This document shows, in pieces, positions 56,435 through 64,000 of a stretch of DNA of 64,000 nucleotides (its first letter is position 1; each line of letters starts with the position of its first letter). A program made the position numbers and the translations under genes. The stretch is from Myxococcales bacterium (GTDB taxonomy: Bacteria > Myxococcota_A > UBA9042 > JABWCM01 > BTVJ01), in contig BTVJ01000003.1 in the NCBI GenBank assembly GCA_045863395.1, positions 128,001 through 192,000 of the forward strand, in the 5' to 3' direction. The notes beneath the pieces were generated by a model. That model was not told where the DNA came from and searched no databases. It saw nothing but the letters and a program-made list of their open reading frames with translations.

Positions 56435-56872
56435 ATGAGCAGCGCGTACCACGCGCGCTACGGAGCGCTGGAGCTGCGGCGCCGGGGGGCTCGGGGGAGG
56501 TCGAGGCCCTCGGCTCCGCCCTGTTCGGCGCCCGAGTCGACCTGAACCCGCACCAGATCGAGGCCGCCCTGTTCGGGCTCCGCGCCACCGCCGAGAGTGG
56601 CCGGCTGCTCGCCGACGAGGTGGGCCTCGGCAAGACCATCGAGGCGGCCTTCGTCCTGTGCTGGCGCGCCGCGCCCGGGAGGCGCCCACCCTGGACGACC
56701 AGCGCGCGCTCCAGGCCGCCATCCTGGGCGTGGAGCCAGCGCGCGGCCCGCCGCCTTCGCCTTCGCCGTCGAGGACGAGGACGAGCTCCGCGCCCGCCTC
56801 CCCGAACTCCTCGACCGCATCGAGCAGCTCGCCCAGGCGAGTGAGCGGATGCCCGTGTTCACCGTGGTCTGA
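56435..56872 (+). pseudogene. SNF2-related helicase remnant (frameshifted, large internal deletion)
   Basis: MSSAYHARY..LEL, then in another frame ALFGARVDLNPHQIEAALF..LLADEVGLGKTIEA (Q-motif, Walker A); no DExH; jumps to a C-terminal-like EDELRARL..RIEQ..VFTVV. Confidence 0.8.
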
Positions 56873-57029
56873 CCCCATGTGCAGGGGCCAGGAGAGGCCA
56901 CGCGAAGAGGGAACGCGGAGGAGGCAGCCGAATGGGACGGGTAGCCATCGACCGCAGTGTTCTCATTCGGGCGCTGGCCGCGACGCCCATGGACGTCGCG
57001 GCTGTGGCTCACGTTACGTCTGCCGAGAC

Positions 57030-57830
57030 CTATGTAGAGACCCTTCGATAGGTGTCAAGGTCGATGCTCGAGATCTCGCTCCGAGGAACGAGTTTGTAGT
57101 GGCGCTCGTCCACCATGCGAACATCCTCTCCGTCAATGGTGAGCTCGAACAGGGCGACCAACTGGTCCTCGATGAACTGCGCTCCAACGGGGCGGCAGAT
57201 CAGTGACGGAAATTTCTCCAAGCAGCAGCGAACGTCCTGCTTCGTCTGAACGGCACCGAGTTGGTCCGAGCCTCCCTTGGCCTGAATGGGTATGACGAAC
57301 TGTCTGCCGTGCTTGTCCACGCCCACATAGACTTCGTCAATCTCAATCTGTCCAATCCCTTTGACGGTCGTGCGAAGATGATTCTGGAGAGAGTACGTGG
57401 CAAGACCAAGAAACAGGTCAATCAACCGATTGTATCGAACCACGGCCAGCAGCGCCTGCTCATCCGAAAGGGAGTATTGAGAGATGATCTCGGGAGTGGC
57501 ATTGGGAATCTTGATGGGTTGGAGCAACGGATTAGGCCGGATTCTGTTGATCGGGACCAGACGGAACGTGTAGGTGGAACGGCCGGTGCCCTCGATGACC
57601 CACACCTTTCCTGCGGGCTGCGTTGCAGCGATGGTTGAAGGCATTGCCGTTCGATACCGAATGGAATAGAGGACGTCGCCGAGGTTCTTCGGAAGATCCA
57701 TCCCAAGCGTGGCGGCGGCAGCGACAAGGTCCTGCCGGTGAAAGGGGATGTCCTCGCAGCCGGGTGTGTAGGAGTCCAGGAAGACCCTCTCGATCAATGC
57801 CACATACCGATTCTGAGTGCTGCTACCCAT
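57030..57830 (-). CDS. Putative type II restriction endonuclease (PD-(D/E)xK-like)
   Basis: QIEIDEVYVG...IPIQAKG motif; start overlaps the C5 methylase stop; AT-richer codon usage than flanks. Confidence 0.75.
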   Translation of the reverse strand: MGSSTQNRYVALIERVFLDSYTPGCEDIPFHRQDLVAAAATLGMDLPKNLGDVLYSIRYRTAMPSTIAATQPAGKVWVIEGTGRSTYTFRLVPINRIRPNPLLQPIKIPNATPEIISQYSLSDEQALLAVVRYNRLIDLFLGLATYSLQNHLRTTVKGIGQIEIDEVYVGVDKHGRQFVIPIQAKGGSDQLGAVQTKQDVRCCLEKFPSLICRPVGAQFIEDQLVALFELTIDGEDVRMVDERHYKLVPRSEISSIDLDTYRRVST

Positions 57831-59163
57831 GTGATGCGTCGCCTGACCTGGTTGACACTTCGATATCAATCTGTCTGCGCTTCGTTGCACCGCTCTTGCG
57901 ATCCCTGCGGGCAATTGGACTCTCGACACACCAATATGCTGCAGCATCCGACACTGACATGGCCAGGAGCGCGGGCGAACCCAAGGTCAGATGTGCCAGG
58001 TCTGCGGGAGTCCGTGACCCGCCGCACAGGCCAACCAGTTGAAGCGCGACAGCCCTCGCAAGAGGGGGAGGTACTGAGTTCCCCACCTGGCGTCCGCCGT
58101 GCCACTTGGTCACGTGAAACCGAAACCAGTCGGGGTAGCCATGGAGGCGAGCCATCTCGCGCACGGTGATGCACCGCGGATGAACGTAGTGAATCGGGCG
58201 AGGGCTGGTGAACGCCCCCCGCGCTGAATCGGTACCCGCACGTAGCTTGTTGGAGACGCCGTCAGCGGTGAGCTTGTAGAAGCGGGAAATGGGCTCGACG
58301 GTGCCAGGGGCCGTTGACGCAAAGCGTCTGCGGGAGATCGCCGAGTGCTCGGTACGCATGCTGGATGTCATGGCTGTACAATCCCAGGAGCGTCTGTGGC
58401 CGTCGTGCCAGGAGGAGTCGGAGAGGCACCGAAGCTCTCTGGAATAGAAAGACGCGGGAGGGACAAGCTCGACTTTGACGGTGTCGGAGTCAACGAGATC
58501 GGGAAACAGGTCAGCGTCGGGCAGGTCCGAAAGAGCATCGCTACACGATGGTCCCAGATCCAAGTCCAGGAGCGAGGAGCCGCGTCGTGGCGGCGGTGAG
58601 GAGACAGAGGGTGGGTAGCTGGGCAGGATACAGCCCTTTCGTGCGCCCATCAGAATCAGCCGCTCTCGATCCTGGGGTACGCCATAGGCACAGGCGTTCA
58701 GCACCTGCCACGGCTTTCGCACAATGTATCCATTCCTCTCAAATGCCAGGACCAACTCCTGCAGGAACTCGCGGTGCTCGCCGAGAGTCAGTCCCTTGAC
58801 GTTCTCGAATACGAAGTAAGAGGGTTCCAACTCGAGCACGATCCGTAGAAATTCACGGACGAGCTGGTTTCGGGGATCGTCCAGGGCTCGCTGGCCCATC
58901 AAGGAGAACCCTTGACACGGGGGACCACCAAAGACGACAGCGACGCCGCGCTTCGCCGCGGACGTTCCCGATACGATGTCTGCACCCGAGAGGCCGACGA
59001 TGGAGCGAGGGACAGTCTTGACGTGCGGAAAGTTGTAGTGGTGAACGGCTGCGTGCACGGGGTCCATCTCGACGGCAGCGACGACGTCGAAACCGGCCTG
59101 CTCGAACCCAAGGGACATGCCCCCAGCGCCTGCAAACAGGTCTATCGCAATGGGGCGCATCAT
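57823..59163 (-). CDS. DNA (cytosine-5) methyltransferase
   Basis: DLFAGAGG (I); GGPPCQGFS (IV); FENVKG (VI); PQDRER (VIII); TVREMARLHGYPD (IX); QVGNSVPP (X). Confidence 0.97.
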   Translation of the reverse strand: MMRPIAIDLFAGAGGMSLGFEQAGFDVVAAVEMDPVHAAVHHYNFPHVKTVPRSIVGLSGADIVSGTSAAKRGVAVVFGGPPCQGFSLMGQRALDDPRNQLVREFLRIVLELEPSYFVFENVKGLTLGEHREFLQELVLAFERNGYIVRKPWQVLNACAYGVPQDRERLILMGARKGCILPSYPPSVSSPPPRRGSSLLDLDLGPSCSDALSDLPDADLFPDLVDSDTVKVELVPPASFYSRELRCLSDSSWHDGHRRSWDCTAMTSSMRTEHSAISRRRFASTAPGTVEPISRFYKLTADGVSNKLRAGTDSARGAFTSPRPIHYVHPRCITVREMARLHGYPDWFRFHVTKWHGGRQVGNSVPPPLARAVALQLVGLCGGSRTPADLAHLTLGSPALLAMSVSDAAAYWCVESPIARRDRKSGATKRRQIDIEVSTRSGDASHG

Positions 59164-59318
59164 ACCTCCCGCCACGGCTGTGATGCCGTGGTGCTCGCTC
59201 AGACGCCCCTCAAGTAGCATGGCTGGGGCTGCTCGTCAAACGTTCAGTGCGACGCGGGCGGCGTCGCGAGCGCGTGGAGCAGGGCCGGCCGGGCGTCCTT
59301 GAGGCCACGTCGCCGGAC

Positions 59319-59842
59319 ATGCACCTCACTCACCCGCTCGTGGGGCCACGGACCCGAAGAAGGCGATCATCCAGGTCAGGACGGAGCCGGTGCCGCCCAA
59401 CGACGGTGAGCTGGGCTTTGTCCGGGACCTGGCGAAGTACCTCGCCACCCGGCCAAGGTTGCTCGAAGGAGCATGGATCCACCTGCTCCGCAACCCGGCG
59501 AAGAGCGGCATCGGCTTCGAGGGCTTCTACCCGGACTTCATCGTATGGGTGGTGCGCGGCGCCGAGCAGTGGGTGATCTTCGTGGACCCGACGGGCCTGT
59601 CGAGGGTGGGCGCCGCGGACTCGAAGTTTCACGCCTGGAAGAAGCTGAAGGAGTTCGAAGCGCGCCACCCGGGCATCCACCTGGACTCGTGGATCGTCTC
59701 GGTCACGCCCAAGGGCGCCCTGGGCTGGGGCGTCACGGACTGCCCGGCGATGCTCGTCCTCTTCAGGGCGGACCCGAGCTACGTGGCTACGCTGTTCGAC
59801 CGGGCGCTGGCGGTGGAGACGGTCGCCGCCCCCGGCGCGTGA
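59319..59842 (+). pseudogene. C-terminal nuclease fragment of a Type III restriction (Res-like) subunit
   Basis: HLTHPLV / frameshift / PVPPNDGELGFVRDL..LLRN..GIGFEGFYPDFIVWV..FVDPTGL; helicase part absent; expected DPKG Lys is Thr. Confidence 0.7.
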
Positions 59843-60018
59843 CTCGCTCCGGGACTGACTCCCCCGCCTGCGCCACCTGTGCCACCTGCGCCGCCTGCGC
59901 CACTTGGGTCGCCAGCGGCTCCCGGCCTCCAGCGGTGGACGGGACACGGGCGATGGTGCTGCGAAGGCGCAGAGCCGGTGGGAGCGTCTCGACGCGGGGC
60001 GTCTCCCGGATGGTCGAG

Positions 60019-61197
60019 TCAGTCGGACTCGCCTTCCTGGTCGTCGTCCACTCCAAGCAGCCCCCGAGCGAACTCCCCGTGCTCCTCGTGGTCGACCCAT
60101 CGATGGGCCAGGTCGCGCGCCTCCTCGTGGTGCCCCTGCTCCGAGAGCAACCAGGCCATGGTCAACTCCGCCCCCGGCAGGTGTATCCGAGCCTTCTCGT
60201 CCCCAAGAGGTGCGCGGCAACGCAGAGCGTCGACCAGCGGCCTCACACGGTCCAGCCCCTCCTCGACACGCCCGCACTCCCCCAAGAAGGTCGACAGGTT
60301 GACCACGGTCCAGGGGGCCTCGTCGCTGGCGCTCACCGCCCACCGGAACATGCCCTCGGCCTTGATCGGATCGTCCCCGCGGCGATACAGCATCGCCAGC
60401 TCCGTGTAGAGTTCAGGATCATCGGGGCGGTGTTGGAGCGCCTGTCGGAGCATCTGCACTGCTCGGACGAGGTCGCCCTCATCACGATACCGGCGAGCCT
60501 CGTTGGCTGCTATCTCCCATTCGGCGCGCTGGTCCGTTGCTCCCTCTCCATCCCACTCCGCGACGCCGGTGGACACCAGCGCTTCCTCCCCGCAGTCGCC
60601 CGCAAAGACTCGCTCGACCCACACCATGTCACCACGTTGGACTCCGAGGTGCCCTTGCGCCGGCTGGTTCAGCAGCGTGCCCACCCACAGGTCGCCGAGG
60701 ACCGTCTCCTCCAGCCTGATCCACACGCGCTCGGGCTGGCCGCTCCCTACCGCCAGGATGACCTGCACGTCGTCGGGATACCCATCGGCGCGAAAGCGAT
60801 CAAGCGCCTCCTCCTGGCGGAAGGCCGTGTATCGCGCCGAGTTGTAGTGCGACAGCCAGCCGGGCGGGTCCTCCAACCGAAGCGCCCGCCTCTCGGCGGA
60901 GCGCAGCACCCGCACGGTGTCGGGGTCCCAGCAGCCGAATTGAATGATGAGCATCGTCGTGCCCTGTCTGCCAAACCGCGGTCCCGTGGCCTCGACTCGC
61001 CCACCTGGGCCGATGGTGCAGGCGGTCTCTGCCCACATGCGAAGCCCTGTCAGGTGGTCGGCGAAGATGTACCCCACGAGGGGCACTCCGGGGTTCAGTC
61101 CTGCCTCGGGTACGGGCCTCAGGAGTTCAGGCACGAGCACCCACTGCTCGAAGGTCGTGGCCGGAATTCCAGCGAGTCGGCGTCTATCCATCACCAT
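60019..61197 (-). CDS. TPR-containing protein with N-terminal uncharacterised domain
   Basis: ALQHRPDDPELYTELAMLY and further TPRs; ERVWIRL..WVGTLLNQP..GDMV segment. Confidence 0.75.
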   Translation of the reverse strand: MVMDRRRLAGIPATTFEQWVLVPELLRPVPEAGLNPGVPLVGYIFADHLTGLRMWAETACTIGPGGRVEATGPRFGRQGTTMLIIQFGCWDPDTVRVLRSAERRALRLEDPPGWLSHYNSARYTAFRQEEALDRFRADGYPDDVQVILAVGSGQPERVWIRLEETVLGDLWVGTLLNQPAQGHLGVQRGDMVWVERVFAGDCGEEALVSTGVAEWDGEGATDQRAEWEIAANEARRYRDEGDLVRAVQMLRQALQHRPDDPELYTELAMLYRRGDDPIKAEGMFRWAVSASDEAPWTVVNLSTFLGECGRVEEGLDRVRPLVDALRCRAPLGDEKARIHLPGAELTMAWLLSEQGHHEEARDLAHRWVDHEEHGEFARGLLGVDDDQEGESD

Positions 61198-61493
61198 CTC
61201 CTCGGGCACGGTTGAATCGCCCCCACGCGCAGAACCTATCACATCTGACTCCGGAGGATGTGCATTCCTTGCGCCAGCGTGGCGCCGGCGGTGGTCGACG
61301 ACGGGCCGCCGTACGCAGGAGGTGCGCATCTTCGCGCGACGCCTCGTGCCATCGCCCGGGTCTGCGGCCGGCGCGGTCAGGCGGCGATGCCTGCCCGCCG
61401 CAGCGCCTGAGTGGAGCCGTCCACGTCTTGTAGAGTCGCGACCGCGAGGCTCCCCCTGCCGTTGGGCTTGTCGTCGCTTCGGGCACCACGGGG

Positions 61494-61537
61494 TGGCGCG
61501 GAGTCGCTGGCATCATCGCGAACGGCGGGGCCCCGAC
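61494..61537. repeat. 44-bp dispersed direct repeat, copy 2
   Basis: TGGCGCGGAGTCGCTGGCATCATCGCGAACGGCGGGGCCCCGAC. Confidence 0.9.
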
Positions 61538-61557
61538 CGCGCGACACCCCCACCCGG

Positions 61558-62985
61558 TCACCGCTCCCAGAACCAGGCGGAAAGCGCCGCTGTGGCGAGC
61601 GCGTCCAGCGTGAAGATGTGGGGGGCGGCGGTGGGGAGGAGCGCGCAGGCCACCGCCCCGACGAGCTGGATGCCAGCGACGAGGCCGAGCCAGCGGGCCT
61701 CCCGGCTCGTGGCGCCGACCGCGAGGGCGCCGGTGAGCAGGAGATCGGCCGCGAGGACGTAGGCGTGGCTCGTGCCGAGGCGGAGGGCTATCAGGCGGTT
61801 CACCAGCATCAGCCAGGCCATGCCGAGCCCCACGACGGCGACGCGGCGGTTGATGGCGTTGCGTGCCAGGGAGCGGCGGCCGAGCCAGGCGGCGCCGGTC
61901 AGCCCGAGGGCCGCCGCGAGGGCAGGGGGGAGGAGGCCGCCCGGCGTCGCCTCCGGGCGGAAGGTGCCCGTCAGCATCAGGGCCTCCATGGTCCCGGCCA
62001 GCGCGACGATGACTGCGAGGAGCACGCGCCGCTGCCGGCGCCCGACCTCCAGGTCGAAGCGGTCGTCCCCCGCCGCGCGCTCTATGGCGTTGAGACAGGC
62101 GTCCAGGCTCGGATAGCGCTCGGATGGACTGACCCGGAGGCCCCGCGCCAGCGCGTCGAGCACCCGGCGCCGCCAGCCGGTCTCCGTCGTAGATTTGGGG
62201 CCCGCCTCCATGGACTGGCGCAGGGTCCGCAGGTCCTGCCCGGGGAACGGGCGCTCGCCGGCCAGCGCCTCCCACAGAGACACGCAGAAGGCGAACTGGT
62301 CGGCGGCGGGGCCTACCTCCGAGGAGTCAATCTGCTCCGGGGCCATGTACGCCGGTGTCCCCATGATTGCGCCGGCGACTGTCAGCTCGCTGTCGAGGGA
62401 CACGGGACCCGAGATCAGGGAGTCCAGACCCACCTGGGAGTCGCCCGCGGCTCGCGCCAGGCCGAAGTCCAGCAGGCGCACGCGCCCGTCGCGGTCCACG
62501 AAGACATTGTCCGCCTTGAAGTCCCGGTGGACGAGCCCCACCCGGTGGGCCTCGGCGAGCCCCCGCCCGGCCTCGATCCAGGCGCAGATCACCTCGCGGG
62601 CGGGGCGGCCCTTGTGCCAGGACTTGAGGGTCTCCCCCGCCAGGTACTCCATGGCCAGGTAGACGTGGCCCTCGTGCTCGCCGACGTCGTGGACAGCGAC
62701 CACGTTGGGGTGCTGGAGCCTGGCCAGCGCCTGGGCCTCGCGCAAGAGCCGCGCCCGCCCCTCCGTCCCGCCTCCCTGGTTCGCCAGCAGCTTGACCGCA
62801 ACGGGCCGGCCGAGCAGCGGGTCCTGCGCCAGGTACACGACCCCCATGCCGCCCCGGCCCAGCTCCCGCTCCACCACGAAGCGCCCGATGGTGGACGGCG
62901 TCTCCGCCTCGACGGGCTCGCCACCCTGCGACGGCGCCATGGTGGCGGTGCGCTCGAAGGCCTCTGGGTCGCCGTGGGTGGACAT
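61558..62985 (-). CDS. Hanks-type Ser/Thr protein kinase with C-terminal multi-TM domain
   Basis: LGRGGMGVVY; VAVK; HRDFKADN; DFGLA; GTPAYMAPE; several C-terminal TM helices. Confidence 0.95.
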   Translation of the reverse strand: MSTHGDPEAFERTATMAPSQGGEPVEAETPSTIGRFVVERELGRGGMGVVYLAQDPLLGRPVAVKLLANQGGGTEGRARLLREAQALARLQHPNVVAVHDVGEHEGHVYLAMEYLAGETLKSWHKGRPAREVICAWIEAGRGLAEAHRVGLVHRDFKADNVFVDRDGRVRLLDFGLARAAGDSQVGLDSLISGPVSLDSELTVAGAIMGTPAYMAPEQIDSSEVGPAADQFAFCVSLWEALAGERPFPGQDLRTLRQSMEAGPKSTTETGWRRRVLDALARGLRVSPSERYPSLDACLNAIERAAGDDRFDLEVGRRQRRVLLAVIVALAGTMEALMLTGTFRPEATPGGLLPPALAAALGLTGAAWLGRRSLARNAINRRVAVVGLGMAWLMLVNRLIALRLGTSHAYVLAADLLLTGALAVGATSREARWLGLVAGIQLVGAVACALLPTAAPHIFTLDALATAALSAWFWER

Positions 62986-63017
62986 GGGCGGCATCATTGC
63001 TGCGGTGGGGACGTGGG

Positions 63018-64000
63018 TCAAGGGCGTCGTGGCTCGACCGGGGGGCGCTCGCGCGTGGGGCTCTCCAGGGCGCGAAACCGGGCCTCCGCCTCGCGCGCCT
63101 CGGTGCGGTGGTCCACCAGCGGCTGCGGGTAGCGCAGCCCTGGTGGGCGCTTGCGCTCGAGGCCGTGGATCTCCTCCGAGGTCAGCGCTGCCAGCTCCGG
63201 GACCCAGCGCTTGATGTACGCGCAGTCGGGGTCGAAGCGCGTCCCCTGGGTCCAGGGGTTGAACACGCGGAAGAAGGGCTGGGCGTCGGCCCCCGTGGAC
63301 GCGACCCACTGCCAGTTGCCGTTGTTGACGCACGGGTCGTAGTCCACGAGGTGCCGCGCGAAGTGCTGCTCGCCGTGGCGCCAGTGGAGGTGGAGGTCCT
63401 TGACGAGGAAGGACGCGGTGATCATGCGGGCGCGGTTGTGCATGAAGCCCGTCGCGGCGAGCTCCCGCATGCCCGCGTCCACGATGGGGAAGCCGGTGCG
63501 CCCCGCGGCCCACGCCTCCAGCAGGTCGGGCGCCTCGTCCCAGGCGACGGCGTCCAGCTCGCGCCGCCAGGCACCCTCGAAGACGCGGGGGTGAGAGAAG
63601 GCGAGCTGCGTGAAGAAGTCGCGCCAGTGGAGCTGGCGCAGAAGCGGGTGATCGGCGCCGAGGGCCTTCGCGACGGCGTGCCAGGCCTCCCGGGCGGAGA
63701 TTGCCCCCGTCTTGAGGTGCGCCGACAGGCGGGTCGAGTCCACCGCCGGAAGGTCGCGGTCCGCCGCGTACCCGGCGTGGTCGGGCAGGCTGGCGATGGC
63801 ACGCAGGGCCTCCGTGCGCCCGCCGCGCACCGCCAGCGGACGCTCGGGGAGCCGGGCGGCCGCGAAGCCGGGCGGCGCCTCGAAGGGCAGGGGAGGGGCG
63901 ACCAGGCGCCCTTCTGGCGGGAGTCCTCGGGGCGCGGGGACGGGTCGCTGGCTCGCCGCCCGGTGATAGGGCGTGAAGACGCGGTAGGGGCGCCCGCCGG
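63018..64000 (-). CDS. phrB: Deoxyribodipyrimidine photolyase (5' truncated by window)
   Basis: TRLSAHLKTG; RQLHWRDF; TGFPIVDAGMREL; MHNRARMI; LVDYD..NNGNWQW; FRVFNP. Confidence 0.95.
   Translation of the reverse strand, partial: GGRPYRVFTPYHRAASQRPVPAPRGLPPEGRLVAPPLPFEAPPGFAAARLPERPLAVRGGRTEALRAIASLPDHAGYAADRDLPAVDSTRLSAHLKTGAISAREAWHAVAKALGADHPLLRQLHWRDFFTQLAFSHPRVFEGAWRRELDAVAWDEAPDLLEAWAAGRTGFPIVDAGMRELAATGFMHNRARMITASFLVKDLHLHWRHGEQHFARHLVDYDPCVNNGNWQWVASTGADAQPFFRVFNPWTQGTRFDPDCAYIKRWVPELAALTSEEIHGLERKRPPGLRYPQPLVDHRTEAREAEARFRALESPTRERPPVEPRRP

Noticed and set aside
59865..59906. 9-bp tandem repeat (GCCACCTGC-like, about 4 copies)
   Set aside because: Short low-complexity GC repeat in an intergenic gap; no further support

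Overview
Very GC-rich bacterial DNA. Gene content (Cys-rich lipoproteins, FG-GAP protein, poly-HAMP kinase, Ser/Thr kinases) points to Myxococcota or a related deltaproteobacterium; this is inference. About 1-50 kb is mostly core and envelope genes: fmt (partial), a parvulin lipoprotein, tRNA-Gln, rplY-pth-hppA-rpsF-rpsR-rplI-prmA-rsmE, folK, mnmG, cpoB-pal, MATE, a sigma-54 regulator, a GMC oxidoreductase, argC-argB, a 13-unit poly-HAMP hybrid kinase with a partner kinase, and many secreted proteins. From about 50.9 to 61.5 kb is an accessory/defence region. It holds a secreted caspase-fold protein with both catalytic residues replaced, fused to six Tudor-like repeats; a PemK/MazF toxin-antitoxin pair; an array of eight palindromic 17-19 bp motifs (42-bp period); and a relic SNF2-helicase/Type III Res locus interrupted by an AT-richer C5-methylase plus endonuclease pair. 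A 44-bp direct repeat brackets 52.8-61.5 kb. Two unannotated MITE-like elements (17845-18020 and 49070-49235) have different terminal repeats but the same internal hairpin design. The window ends in a Ser/Thr kinase and a partial photolyase. All calls are by-eye motif recognition; no database searches were run.
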